Source of the DNA: Pseudomonadota bacterium
GTDB taxonomy: Bacteria > Pseudomonadota > Alphaproteobacteria > Rs-D84
DNA length: 64,000 nt
Direction: 5' to 3'
Assembly (NCBI GenBank): GCA_023402015.1
Contig: JAEXCU010000013.1
Location: 59,604-123,603, forward strand
Positions 9,716 through 19,987 of the stretch are shown here, one piece after another. The stretch's first letter is position 1. Each line of letters begins with the position of its first letter. The notes below the pieces were generated by a model. The model saw nothing but the letters and a program-made list of their open reading frames with translations. It did not search any database and was not told the DNA's origin. The position numbers and the translations under genes were made by a program.

Positions 9716-10479
9716 TGTTATCATCTGTTTATGCACCCAAAGATTTTAAACGTCTGCGTGTGGTTGGCGATTTGGTTGCGCGCTGTTTTGATTATATTTC
9801 CCCGCATATTGTCGCGGGTACGTCCACCGGCCAAATTGACCGCATGGTTGCAGAATTTTTGCGTCAAAACGGTGCACGTTCGTCAGATTTGGGATACCAG
9901 GGTTATCCAAAAAGTATTTGCACATCTGTCAATGATGTTATCGTTCATGGTATCCCCAGTGATGATGTTATATTAAAAGACGGTGATATTGTAAACGTTG
10001 ACCTGACCGCCGAGTACAAGGGTTTTCATGGTGATGCATCACGAATGTTTATGATTGGTCGTGTTTCACCCCAGGCGCGTAAATTGGTACAAACATGCCA
10101 GGATGCATTGAATGCTGCCATTTCTATCTGCGCACCAGGCGTGCCGTTGTCTGAAATTGGCCGTACGATTGAATCCGTGGTTAATCCGCATGGTTTTTCA
10201 ATATCGCGCGATTTTGTTGGTCATGGTATTGGCAAAGTTATGCATGATGACCCACAAATTTATCATTTTTATGACAGGCATTGGGACCGGGTAAAAATGG
10301 TTCCAGGATTGGTATTTACAATTGAACCAATGATTAATACCGGCCGCCCCGAATGCAAAATTGATGCAGATGGTTGGACGGCACGTACGATTGACGGTGG
10401 ATTATCTGCGCAATGGGAACATACAATTGGAATTACCGAAGACGGCGCAATAATCTTTACAGAACCAATGATGCAATAA
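9715..10479 (+). CDS. map: methionine aminopeptidase type I
   Basis: Pita-bread metal ligands: VHGIPSD...DIVNVDL...HG...FVGHGIG...FTIEPM...WEHT. Confidence 0.9.
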   Translation: MLSSVYAPKDFKRLRVVGDLVARCFDYISPHIVAGTSTGQIDRMVAEFLRQNGARSSDLGYQGYPKSICTSVNDVIVHGIPSDDVILKDGDIVNVDLTAEYKGFHGDASRMFMIGRVSPQARKLVQTCQDALNAAISICAPGVPLSEIGRTIESVVNPHGFSISRDFVGHGIGKVMHDDPQIYHFYDRHWDRVKMVPGLVFTIEPMINTGRPECKIDADGWTARTIDGGLSAQWEHTIGITEDGAIIFTEPMMQ

Positions 10480-10497
10480 TTTACACGGGCAACAATA

Positions 10498-11178
10498 TTG
10501 AAAACACCAGATTTATCTTTTCGCATCGGACATCGTGAAAGATTAAGACAAAAATTTCTGGATGATCAATTGGCGGATTATGAATTGCTGGAATTATTAT
10601 TAAGTTTCGCAATTCCCAGACGTGATGTTCGTCCGCTGGCACGTGGACTGATGGCAAAATTCGGTGGAATTCATCAGGTGTTAACGGCGCCAATTGAAGA
10701 ATTAATGAAATATGACGGCGTCGGTAAAAATACCGCGATATTTATCAAGGCAATTCACAAAACAATGTTGCTGGGTTATAAAGCATGTTTGGATAAAAGA
10801 CCTGTTTTTCATGATGAAAAGATTTTAACCAATTATTGCAAAATGTTATTATCCGGCAAACAAAAGGAAGAATTTCATGTCCTTTATTTGGGTGCGGATT
10901 TACGTTTGTTGCACCACGATTTACACAGTGTTGGAACCGTGGACAGTTCAGCCGTCTATCCACGTGAAATTTTGAAACGCGCATTGGATGTCGGTGCACG
11001 CAGTGTCGTTTTATTGCATAATCATCCGACACCATGTACTTCTTTTTCAACCGAGGATATTGAAATCACGGACAAAATCAAAGAAATATTGGAAAAGGTT
11101 GAAATTCGTTTGCACGATCATTACGTGGTATCTGGTGGTTTGATTTATTCTGCGCGCAATATGTTCTTGTTAAAATAA
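10498..11178 (+). CDS. radC: RadC-family JAMM domain protein (UPF0758)
   Basis: HhH N-terminal region plus JAMM motif LLHNHPT...S..D. Confidence 0.8.
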   Translation: MKTPDLSFRIGHRERLRQKFLDDQLADYELLELLLSFAIPRRDVRPLARGLMAKFGGIHQVLTAPIEELMKYDGVGKNTAIFIKAIHKTMLLGYKACLDKRPVFHDEKILTNYCKMLLSGKQKEEFHVLYLGADLRLLHHDLHSVGTVDSSAVYPREILKRALDVGARSVVLLHNHPTPCTSFSTEDIEITDKIKEILEKVEIRLHDHYVVSGGLIYSARNMFLLK

Positions 11179-11811
11179 ATCTGATACATCGCATACTACC
11201 TTTAACTGGCGCGTGCTGATGGGTTGCAGTTTGTTTTTCACAATTGTATAAACAGTTTCTGTGGCCATCGTGGGGGTTGTCCACGATTCTTGCCATGGGC
11301 GTGAAATTTTTACCACACGAAAATCAGGCCGGAATGCAAATTGTAATTTTTGCAATGCGCATTCTGCGCCCTGGGTGGTTCTGAATCCGTCCGGGGTTAT
11401 GTCAATGTATGTGCCATTATTGTTTATTGCAATCTGATATTGGTCATAATAATGGTCTGTTCCATTTTCATGTCGTGTGCGTATTATTCTGTCAGGTCGC
11501 CCGTCATGGTTAATGTCGCGGTTAAAAGCATCCATGCGTGCAACACCGGCGCCAAATTCATTTAATTCGTATTGTTCCGAATAATCCGGATTTATCAGGC
11601 CGTCTGATTCCGTTTTATTGGTTGGTGCCGGTTGGTTCGTTGTATTTGTTGCATTAATCGTTGGCGATTCCACGTTGTTCGTACGATGAATTTGCGGTGT
11701 TTTTCCCGCAATCAACATGTATCCCAACACGCCAATAACCACCAGCATTATTACCAATAACACTGTCAGACCTGTGGCCCCACGTTGTGATTTATATAAT
11801 TGCGTTGTCAT
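11170..11811 (-). CDS. hypothetical membrane-anchored protein
   Basis: 213 aa with N-terminal TM LTVLLVIMLVVIGVLGYMLIA, N/T-rich linker. Confidence 0.5.
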   Translation of the reverse strand: MTTQLYKSQRGATGLTVLLVIMLVVIGVLGYMLIAGKTPQIHRTNNVESPTINATNTTNQPAPTNKTESDGLINPDYSEQYELNEFGAGVARMDAFNRDINHDGRPDRIIRTRHENGTDHYYDQYQIAINNNGTYIDITPDGFRTTQGAECALQKLQFAFRPDFRVVKISRPWQESWTTPTMATETVYTIVKNKLQPISTRQLKVVCDVSDLF

Positions 11812-11821
11812 CTTTATCGCC

Positions 11822-12850
11822 TTAGATTTGTGTTATTCGTCCGGGTGTCCATCCTTCCAGTACGCGGATTGCGGCGGCAATGCGTGATAATTCAGCATCG
11901 TTTAAATCCCGTATCCGTTTATTAATGGACAGTCCCGTTAATTTTTCAATTTGCCGATGGTATGATGATGTATTATTTTCAGACGGTGGGGCATATTTAC
12001 TGATTGCCGATGCAATGGTCAGGTTATTATAACTGTCGCTGCGCATCAGGGCACGAATTGCGCGCATGCCGGTTGCTTCGTCTGGGAAAACGGCAAAACC
12101 ACCGGCGGAACCAATTGCACCCATACGCGCGGCAAATTCGGAATATCGTATGTTGCCCGGATTGGAATTGCGCCACGCGCGACTGCCCCCGGTGCGTCTG
12201 GTGCGGGTTCCGTCCGCGTTATGATAAATGACGTCCTTGGCCGATTCTGTGGCCCGTGTTGGTTGGCCATTGCCGGTGTTATTAATTGTTGGGGTGCGGT
12301 CAATTGCAACGTTGGTGTCAGGTGATACTGAAACAGATACGTCTTGCACTGCGCCTGCACCAACGATTGGCGATTGTGCATATGGAATTTCATGTGGTGC
12401 CGCACCGGTGTACGTTGCGCCGGAATCATATATTTCGTATTCTTCGTATAAATCGTATTCATTACGGGATGACAGTTTTGATTGGCGCGCATCCAACAGG
12501 CGGTTAACTTCGCTGATTTCAACGCGTATTGTGCGACACCCACGCGCAAATAAATCATCGCCGTAAATTAAATTTATAATTGGTCCGACCGCCGCCAGTG
12601 TCCCGAATATCAGCAATAAATTACGCATATTTGTGAACAGGTCGTTTTTGGCGCCGCGTATCATTGATATCGCCCATCCAAACAACAGTAAACCTGTTAT
12701 GAAAACAATAATAATCCACGCATAATATGCAAATGTTTCAAAACTGCGCAAAATACACGACGGATCTTCCAGGTATATAAACGACCCGTCCGCACCCAAT
12801 ATATGAAATCCGGAATTTGTCAGTAATCTAAGAATCGTATTTATATTCAT
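11822..12850 (-). CDS. hypothetical membrane protein with conserved C-terminal domain
   Basis: 342 aa; 2 TM near N-terminus; C-terminal block WRNSNPGNIRYSEFAARMGAIGS...FAVFPDEATGMRAIRALM of unknown function. Confidence 0.5.
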   Translation of the reverse strand: MNINTILRLLTNSGFHILGADGSFIYLEDPSCILRSFETFAYYAWIIIVFITGLLLFGWAISMIRGAKNDLFTNMRNLLLIFGTLAAVGPIINLIYGDDLFARGCRTIRVEISEVNRLLDARQSKLSSRNEYDLYEEYEIYDSGATYTGAAPHEIPYAQSPIVGAGAVQDVSVSVSPDTNVAIDRTPTINNTGNGQPTRATESAKDVIYHNADGTRTRRTGGSRAWRNSNPGNIRYSEFAARMGAIGSAGGFAVFPDEATGMRAIRALMRSDSYNNLTIASAISKYAPPSENNTSSYHRQIEKLTGLSINKRIRDLNDAELSRIAAAIRVLEGWTPGRITQI

Positions 12851-12867
12851 AAACGTTCATTGGGCGC

Positions 12868-14022
12868 CTATTTTTTTATTGCGGCGCCGGTAAAGAAACC
12901 GGGCATAGAAAAATCTTCGTCATTTGCGGCAATTCCGGCCCACCCGAACAGGTCGCCCATCAGTCCGGATTCATCACGTTTTGCCTTTTTAAATGGTAAA
13001 ATGTTTTTTAATTTTCCGATTTTTCCATGGCTTTGATTCTTGGGCGCGGCGACAATTTTATCCTGGTTTTCTGCAAATTCTGTGGCCAATTGTGCCAATG
13101 TTGCATCCGCGTCATCTGTATCATCAGAAAATGCATTCGGTACCACAGGTGTAATTTCATCGGGTTCAGACGTCGTGTCGTTAATATGTTCTTCGGCGAT
13201 ATCTTCGCGCAGTGGGGTCATACTTTCCAATAACTGTTCCAATGTTTTTTCAATTGGGGCGGTTGGGGCATCATCTGTAATCATGTCTGCGATGCTGACC
13301 GTTTCTGTGGAAATTTCCTGTGTGTCTTCGTTATCTGTTTCGGTCATTTCGGTTGTAATATTTACATCGCTGATGATAACTTCGTCAACCGCAATATCTG
13401 TATCCACCGGTGTTGGAACGCTGTCATTTTTTTCAGGTTCCACAATTTCCACCGGGGCGGGTTCGGATGTTTCTGTTTGTGTATTTTTTGCCGCCAAAAT
13501 GGATAAAATGGGAATAATTTTTTCGTTTTGTTCATCTGCGGCGGGTTCTGATTCCACAGTGGCCGATTCCATTGGCACTGATTCCACCGTTTCAGATTCC
13601 ACTGGGGCGTTTTCTGCCGATTGTGGTGCGGTGGTGTTTTCCGCAGTATTCGGGATAATTTCGTTTGTTGGTTCCGCGGTTGTTTCCACATTTTCCATTG
13701 GCGCCGGGGCAACACGCGCAGGACGCACGCGCGGTTTTTTAACAGGTGCCTTTTTTACAATTTCTGTTTCATTTGTTGGGATAACATCAATCTGTTCGTT
13801 TTTTATTTCAGATTCTGGGGCGACCGGTTCCGTAATTGGGGCAGATTGAATTTCATCTGTGGCAATGGTTTGGGTAATTGCATCATCGGCATCCACCGGA
13901 ACACCAAACAAAACGGTGTCAGACGCCAACCCCAGTGCGGCCCGCACTTCGTCAAAAGCGGCGCGAATATCCGCCATAGCGAAAATTTCATTACCGGAAA
14001 TATATATGATTTTGGTCTTCAT
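12868..14022 (-). CDS. acidic low-complexity protein (E/T/P/V-rich)
   Basis: ATG at 14020-14022 (MKTKIIYISG) with GGGGGA RBS; the track's longer ORF to 14079 lacks an RBS; highly acidic repetitive middle. Confidence 0.55.
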   Translation of the reverse strand: MKTKIIYISGNEIFAMADIRAAFDEVRAALGLASDTVLFGVPVDADDAITQTIATDEIQSAPITEPVAPESEIKNEQIDVIPTNETEIVKKAPVKKPRVRPARVAPAPMENVETTAEPTNEIIPNTAENTTAPQSAENAPVESETVESVPMESATVESEPAADEQNEKIIPILSILAAKNTQTETSEPAPVEIVEPEKNDSVPTPVDTDIAVDEVIISDVNITTEMTETDNEDTQEISTETVSIADMITDDAPTAPIEKTLEQLLESMTPLREDIAEEHINDTTSEPDEITPVVPNAFSDDTDDADATLAQLATEFAENQDKIVAAPKNQSHGKIGKLKNILPFKKAKRDESGLMGDLFGWAGIAANDEDFSMPGFFTGAAIKK

Positions 14023-14104
14023 AGAATCTTGTCCCCCACTAGATGCGGTTATTATATCACATTTTGGTGTTGAACGCATATAAAAAATATCTTAAACTGG
14101 GGAT

Positions 14105-14314
14105 ATGTCAGATATAAAACAGCAAATTTTTCAAGAATTGTCCCAATTGGAAGATGCCGCGGCCCGATTGCGTGGTGCCGCCGCCGTTGCGGGCAAGCAA
14201 ACAGATTTAGAAGTTGCCATTTTAACCGAACAGGTTAAAACCCTGCGCGAGAAAAATAACCGCGCCACAGATATGATTGATAAATCGTTGACGATATTAA
14301 AGAAGTTGAAATGA
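14105..14314 (+). CDS. small coiled-coil protein upstream of zapA (ZapB/DUF4164-like)
   Basis: 69-aa coiled coil, ATGA overlap with zapA. Confidence 0.5.
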   Translation: MSDIKQQIFQELSQLEDAAARLRGAAAVAGKQTDLEVAILTEQVKTLREKNNRATDMIDKSLTILKKLK

Positions 14315-14586
14315 GTGTTGTATCAATACCAATTGTAAATAAAAATTATCCCATGGGATGCGAAGACGGGCAAGAGGCGCGCCTGATTGAACTGGGCAAA
14401 ATGGTGGACGGCCGGGCGCGTGAAATTTTGGATAAAATTGGGCCTTTGCCAGAAAATGCTTTGTTGGCCACATTGTGTATTGTTTTGGCCGACGAAGTTC
14501 ATAACCGACCAACCCCAACCGTTTCGGATGCGGATTTAAAAGAAATATTGGCCCGGATTCGTGAAATAAAAAATAAAATTAATTAA
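14311..14586 (+). CDS. zapA: cell division protein ZapA
   Basis: VSIPIVNKNYPMGCEDGQEARLIELGKMVDGRAREI matches the ZapA core (V.I.G..Y.i.C.dGeE..L...A..vd). Confidence 0.7.
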   Translation: MSVVSIPIVNKNYPMGCEDGQEARLIELGKMVDGRAREILDKIGPLPENALLATLCIVLADEVHNRPTPTVSDADLKEILARIREIKNKIN

Positions 14587-14615
14587 GAAATAAAAATGCG
14601 CCATTGGCGCATTTT

Positions 14616-15770
14616 TTATATTGTTCGCTGCATTTGATTCACAATCATACTGTGCACTGGTGAATATTGTGCAATAACGCGTTCTTTGATTGTGTTCAAT
14701 TCCGGCGTGGGTTGTTTAAAATATTTGGCCCGTGCCAGTTTTAACAAATCTTCGCGTGTTAAATGCATCAAATGATACCGATTGGCATCGTCTGTTTCAC
14801 ATAGGAATTCAATCAGTTCTTCGCGCGATTTGGATTCAATTGTTTGCCATTCTTTGGCGTACTGTGCGCGTGCGATTTTCTTTGTATCGGCGGCAAACAC
14901 GTTGGATGTGTCCCATGTATCAAACAGGTATCCCATTTTTTCGCGATTGTGGCCGGTGTAAACGTGTTTGCCCATGCTGTCTGCGACAAATTCGTTGTTT
15001 ACGATACGCCCACGTCCCAGAAACATAATCATATGAAACTGATTTTTACTGCCGCGATAACGCGGAACAATCATCATTGTACCCGCGTCCAGCGCATCTG
15101 CGGAAAAATTTTTACGCGCAAAATCCGACATCGCCGCCGCGCGAACAGAATCAGGTGCATTTGGCGCAACACGGCGACGTGTCAGATATTTATTTAATGC
15201 CACATTATATGCGGAATCAGATTCAAACATTTTGCCTTCGCGGATGCATTCATCATATTCTGGCCCGCGATATTTCGTGCGCATTTGGTATTTAAATTGG
15301 CCACAGGCGCGACTGGCATCCCGGGGGACAATTGTCAATGTATCACCCATTTCGGACAATGCGCGCGTTAATTGGGTATATTGACCATATACGCAATGCA
15401 GGCCAACCGGCGCGCCGGGCAATTCGCGACGGACCGCGGCGCGATATCCGTTTTTGCCAACCAATGGGCCCAGTTTTTGTTGTGCGGTCAGCATGTTTTC
15501 CATGTATTTATCGCGCAGATTTTCCGCCTTTTTATCCAAATTCATTTCATCCAGCATCATGTAATAATGGGATTCATATTCCGGCGTAAAATTGCCCAAT
15601 GCCAATTTTGGCAGATTCAATTCAGCGCGTGATACCGGCATTTGTGGCAATATAATATTTTTTGTTTGGGGCGTGGTTGGCGGAATTTCCTGTTGGCCGC
15701 GCGTTTGACCCGATACAAACATCAATCCAGTACCCAGAATCACATATGGAACGATAAATTTTGCATTCAT
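14616..15770 (-). CDS. hypothetical secreted protein
   Basis: ATG at 15768-15770 (MNAKFIVPYVILGTGLMFVSG signal peptide). Confidence 0.55.
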   Translation of the reverse strand: MNAKFIVPYVILGTGLMFVSGQTRGQQEIPPTTPQTKNIILPQMPVSRAELNLPKLALGNFTPEYESHYYMMLDEMNLDKKAENLRDKYMENMLTAQQKLGPLVGKNGYRAAVRRELPGAPVGLHCVYGQYTQLTRALSEMGDTLTIVPRDASRACGQFKYQMRTKYRGPEYDECIREGKMFESDSAYNVALNKYLTRRRVAPNAPDSVRAAAMSDFARKNFSADALDAGTMMIVPRYRGSKNQFHMIMFLGRGRIVNNEFVADSMGKHVYTGHNREKMGYLFDTWDTSNVFAADTKKIARAQYAKEWQTIESKSREELIEFLCETDDANRYHLMHLTREDLLKLARAKYFKQPTPELNTIKERVIAQYSPVHSMIVNQMQRTI

Positions 15771-16111
15771 TTTCACACCTTTGCAATCAAACAGACGCAC
15801 CGGTATTAACCGCTTTGTCTTGTATTAAGTTATTTTTTTTGATTGGTTCGTCGCAATATGGAAATTTGCGGCGTACATTCAGACAAAATGGAAATCCAAA
15901 ATGCCCCGACTTGCCCTTGTGGCAGCCCGCCCCATCAGGGGAACCAAAGTTTGTATATACATATAATAATTATAATTCACAGAATTTCAAGGGGAAAAGA
16001 AACTTTTTTTAATTTTTTTCTTTGTCGGCCGCGTTGTGTGGGGATTATGTACATTTTGGGCGATTTTTTCTGTTGTTATTTTTTTTCAAATGTTCTAAAT
16101 TTTGGGGTGTC

Positions 16112-18343
16112 ATGAGTAAAGAAATTATTGAAAATATTGATTCACAACAGTTATCTGATGCCCTGTCAGAACGGTATCTGTCATACGCGGTCAGCACCAT
16201 TGTATCGCGCGCGTTGCCGGATGTTCGCGACGGGTTGAAACCGGTGCACCGCCGTATTTTGTATTCTATGTTGCGCCAAAAATTGTCCCCGTCGGCCGCA
16301 TTTCGCAAATGCGCAACCGTGGTTGGCGACGTTTTGGGGCATTATCATCCCCACGGGGACAGTTCGGTTTATGATGCCATGGTGCGTCTGGCCCAGGATT
16401 TTTCTGTTCGTTATCCATTAATTGACGGCCAGGGAAACTTTGGCAATATTGACGGCGACCCCCAGGCGGCATATCGTTATACAGAATCAAAAATGACCGA
16501 TGCGGCCATGCTGATTATGGAAGGTTTGGACGAAAACAGTGTTGATATGATGCCGAATTTTGACGGCACAACACTGGAACCAACCGTAATGCCGGGGGCG
16601 TTCCCGAACCTGTTGGCCAATGGTGGAATGGGTATCGCGGTGGGTATGGCAACAAATATTCCGACACACAATGTGGCCGAGGTTTGTGATGCCCTGAATT
16701 TAATGATTGACCACCCGGACGCCACAACGGCCCAAATTATCAAGAAAATGGTCGGGCCGGATTTTCCAACGGGCGGCGTATTAATTGATAATTTTGATAC
16801 CATTGTTAAAAATTATGAAACCGGGCGGGGCGCGTTTCGCATTCGTGCAAAATGGGATGTTGAAAAACTGGAACGCGGCGGCCAACAGGTTGTTATAACA
16901 GAAATTCCATATGGCATTATCAAATCCAAATTGGTGGAACAAATCGCCGGTTTGATTGATGCGAAAAAACTGCCCCTGGTGGATGATATTGTGGATGAAT
17001 CCACAACCGATGTTCGTATTGTGATTATTCCGAAAAATCGTAATATACCGGCGGATAAAATGATGGCCCACCTGTTTGCGATGACCGATTTGGAATACCG
17101 GTTCAATATGAACTTTAACGTTATTGATTCGCGTGGCGCGCCGCGTGTAATGGGTATTGGCGACGTATTGCGTGAATTTATTGCGCACCAGAAAAATGTT
17201 CTGACGCGTCGTACAAATTGGCGCCTGGGCAATATTGCGCGCAGACTGGAAATTCTGGGCGGATTGCTGGTTGTGTATTTAAATCTGGACCGGGTGATTG
17301 AAATTATCCGAAACGAAGATGATGCCAAGGCGGTTTTGGTTGCAGAATTTAATCTGACCGATGTTCAGGTAGAGGCGATATTAAACACCCGCCTGCGCAG
17401 TTTACGTAAATTGGAAGAAATGGAAATACGTCGCGAAGATGCGGCGTTGTTGGCCGAACAAAAACAGTTGCAGGAATTATTGGCCAGTGAACAAATGCAA
17501 AACGACCAATTAAAGGCGTGGTTTGCAGATATTAAAAAACGTTATGATAAAAAGACCACTTTGGGTCGCCGCCGCACAGTTTGGGCGGAACAGACCGAAG
17601 AAATTGTTGTAAATGCCGAAGAATTTATTGAAAAAGAACCACTGACGATTATTTTGTCTGCAATGGGTTGGATTCGTGCGGCCAAGGGTCATTTGGACCT
17701 GAATAATTTGGATTTAAAGTTCAAGGAAGGCGACGAATTGCAATACGCATTCCATGCCCAATCCACGGATAAAATTAATTTGTTTGTTTCGTCTGGTAAA
17801 ATGTTTACTTTGGCGGCGAACGAATTGCCGTCGGCGCGCGGGTTCGGTGAATCTGTGCGAATGATGGCCGATATTGGGGCGGACGAAGAAATTGTCTGTG
17901 CGTTTGTACTGGATACGACCGCAAAATATTTATTGGTGGCGCGCCATGGAACTGGATTTATCGTATCGGGTGAAAATTGCGTGGCCCAAACCAGAACCGG
18001 CAAACAGGTCATGAATACCGATGCCAAGAATTTGGCCAGCATGTGCGTCCCCGTATCAGGCGATATGGTTGCAATGTCGGGGTCTAATGACAAATTGCTG
18101 ATATTCAGCGCATCGGAAATTCCGGAAATGACACGTGGCAAAGGCGTGATATTACAGAAATATAATGCTGAACGTACGTATGTTTTGGATGCGATGTTCT
18201 TTGATGCGGCGAACGGATTTGGTTGGACCACAGGCCGCGGGACAACAAAACTGGACGATTGGCAACCTTGGGTTGGCCGCCGTGCAACCCAGGGCCGCAC
18301 AATACCGTTTGGATTCCCGCGCAGTGGAAAATTCGGAAAATAA
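16112..18343 (+). CDS. parC: DNA topoisomerase IV subunit A (GyrA/ParC family)
   Basis: Catalytic-Tyr region ...[10 protein letters not shown]...; GyrA/ParC N-terminus [17 protein letters not shown]; about 744 aa (shorter than GyrA) favours ParC; true ATG 16112. Confidence 0.8.
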   Translation: MSKEIIENIDSQQLSDALSERYLSYAVSTIVSRALPDVRDGLKPVHRRILYSMLRQKLSPSAAFRKCATVVGDVLGHYHPHGDSSVYDAMVRLAQDFSVRYPLIDGQGNFGNIDGDPQAAYRYTESKMTDAAMLIMEGLDENSVDMMPNFDGTTLEPTVMPGAFPNLLANGGMGIAVGMATNIPTHNVAEVCDALNLMIDHPDATTAQIIKKMVGPDFPTGGVLIDNFDTIVKNYETGRGAFRIRAKWDVEKLERGGQQVVITEIPYGIIKSKLVEQIAGLIDAKKLPLVDDIVDESTTDVRIVIIPKNRNIPADKMMAHLFAMTDLEYRFNMNFNVIDSRGAPRVMGIGDVLREFIAHQKNVLTRRTNWRLGNIARRLEILGGLLVVYLNLDRVIEIIRNEDDAKAVLVAEFNLTDVQVEAILNTRLRSLRKLEEMEIRREDAALLAEQKQLQELLASEQMQNDQLKAWFADIKKRYDKKTTLGRRRTVWAEQTEEIVVNAEEFIEKEPLTIILSAMGWIRAAKGHLDLNNLDLKFKEGDELQYAFHAQSTDKINLFVSSGKMFTLAANELPSARGFGESVRMMADIGADEEIVCAFVLDTTAKYLLVARHGTGFIVSGENCVAQTRTGKQVMNTDAKNLASMCVPVSGDMVAMSGSNDKLLIFSASEIPEMTRGKGVILQKYNAERTYVLDAMFFDAANGFGWTTGRGTTKLDDWQPWVGRRATQGRTIPFGFPRSGKFGK

Positions 18344-18372
18344 AAACAAACGCCCAATCGGGCGTTTTTTAC
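18344..18372. terminator. intrinsic terminator after parC
   Basis: aaaaacaaacgcccaatcgggcgtttttt. Confidence 0.6.
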
Positions 18373-18600
18373 TGGATTGTTTCGCTTTTATGTATTACTG
18401 GATTGCCACACCACTATCGTGGTTCGCAATGACAAAACTGCTGTCATCGCGAGGGAGTGTCAACGACCGCGGCAATCCAGGTAATTGATGACCTTTGCAG
18501 ATTTAGGCATGGATTGCCACGCTGCACTGCGTTTGCTCGCAATGACAAAGAGCCAAGAACCTGTCATTGCGAACGAAGTGAAGCAATCCAGATTATTATT
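18372..18600. repeat. cluster of nested-palindromic MITE-like repeats (TGGATTGCC...CTCGCAATGACAA...GTCATTGCGA...AATCCAG)
   Basis: Copies of the same 25-90 nt palindromic units recur at 30603-30850, 31262-31345, 34497-34680, 34858-34925 and 38945-39112; the track's small ORFs here (CHCERSEAIQ / LLAMT peptides) are translations of the repeat. Confidence 0.8.
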
Positions 18601-18966
18601 GCAAAAAACGCCCCAATCGGGGCGTTTAAATTTGTATGAAAATAACGCAATTAGTGCGAAACTTTCGTTTCGGTCATAACGACATGCTTGCGCAATTTCG
18701 GGTCGTATTTGCGAAACTTCATTTTACCGGCCGTATTTTCAGACTTGGTATTTTTTGTTGTGATATAGAAGACCCCTGTTTCTTTGTTCATCAGGGCTAC
18801 GACTTCTTTGCTGCCTTTTTTAGATGCCATTTTATTTGCCTTTTATTATTCTGCCTGGGATTTTAGGGTAAAATTTACTGGAAATCAAGTCTTTTTTATC
18901 ATAATATGATTTTTATGGGGCTATGGCGACTGCGCAGCGTAGCGAAGTGCCGCCATACCCGTCAGT

Positions 18967-19051
18967 GCGGGTATGGCGAAACTGGCAGACGCGCTGGATT
19001 TAGGTTCCAGTGGGGCAACCCATAGGAGTTCAAATCTCCTTACCCGCACCA
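18967..19051 (+). tRNA. tRNA-Leu (anticodon TAG)
   Basis: Acceptor GCGGGTA/TACCCGC, long variable arm, anticodon loop cTGGAtttaggtTCCAG, T-arm AGGAGTTCAAATCTCCT, encoded CCA. Confidence 0.9.
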
Positions 19052-19058
19052 AATTTAT

Positions 19059-19655
19059 TTATTTTGTACGTTGATTATTGGCGGCGTGCTGATTCCACAT
19101 TCCCATGTAATACAGATAGTCTGCATCATCTTTTGGGTTGGCCGTGGTGGGTGAATTCCGATACGTGTATATGGGTTGTTGATAAAATTGGGAAATTTCG
19201 TTTAATTTCGCCTGAAAATCAATCGCGGGGATTTTGTTATTCGCGCGCGCATCGGCCATTTTAATCAGTTTTATAAAATACGGATTATTTATTTGTGCCC
19301 ATATCTGTCCAATACGGCCAATTTTGGGATTCATTGGTAATCCAGTCGCACTGGCCAGTTTGTATTGAAACAATGCGCGTTGATTGAAAACCCCCGGTGT
19401 TTCGCCGCGATGTAATGTAATGCAACCCAATGTGTCAATTTCCAGATTTTTGTATGGTGATGCAGTTGGGTTGGAAATGTTATAAACGACAATTTCTTGG
19501 TTTTTTGTGCGTTCCGATCGCCGGGATATCTGGGATTTTGTATCCATGATAAATGCCCGGGCGATATCATAACAATTAATCGTATCCTTTACGAACGCGC
19601 AGTTATCCTTAATCTGGTCGGGGGTAATGTTATATTTAACATACTTATATGCCAT
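19059..19655 (-). CDS. hypothetical protein adjacent to tRNA-Leu
   Basis: ATG at 19653-19655 with AAGGAT RBS; 199 aa, no recognisable motif. Confidence 0.5.
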   Translation of the reverse strand: MAYKYVKYNITPDQIKDNCAFVKDTINCYDIARAFIMDTKSQISRRSERTKNQEIVVYNISNPTASPYKNLEIDTLGCITLHRGETPGVFNQRALFQYKLASATGLPMNPKIGRIGQIWAQINNPYFIKLIKMADARANNKIPAIDFQAKLNEISQFYQQPIYTYRNSPTTANPKDDADYLYYMGMWNQHAANNQRTK

Positions 19656-19987
19656 GAAATTATCCTTGTATATTTTATAGCATATTCCCAAAATAAAAAT
19701 TGTCAACATTTTTGCGCGGTATTTTTAAACTATGTGATTGCTTATCAATATACGGGGTAATTACGGGGATATGACGGGTCAGGGTTATCCAGATTAGATT
19801 TTACACCGCATGCGGCGACCGTCATTGTACAAATCAGTAAAAATCCCAGAAATAATTTTTTCATATTATTTAAATTATATTCGCCAAACATGCGGTTGTC
19901 AAATCTTTGCATGGCAGGTTTCTTTCCTGGGAATTTTATGATAAAATATATAATTAAACCATTTCATGTCAAAAACCGAGATTTTAT

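Noticed and set aside
13040-13849. 269-aa plus-strand S/V/G-rich ORF and neighbours 13362-13715, 13621-14073
   Set aside because: They are mirror-frame artefacts of the repetitive acidic protein gene on the minus strand.
12868-14022. Acidic repetitive protein considered as PopZ-like polar organiser
   Set aside because: The C-terminus (SGLMGDLFGWAGIAANDEDF...) does not match the conserved PopZ C-terminal helix as I recall it. It is left as a low-complexity acidic protein.
16022-16111. Upstream extension of parC ORF ([16 protein letters not shown]...)
   Set aside because: The ParC homology begins at [10 protein letters not shown] (16112). The upstream portion is T-rich promoter/UTR sequence.
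18457-18679. Small ORFs translating to ...CHCERSEAIQ... / ...AALRLLAMTKSQEPVIANEVKQS...; similar ORFs occur at 30616-30936, 31169-31438, 34862-34960 (N-terminal part of the track ORF), 38965-39171 and 38953-39321
   Set aside because: They lie entirely within the palindromic GTCATTGCGAG/TGGATTGCC repeats. They are frame-independent translations of the repeat, with no RBS, so they are not genes.
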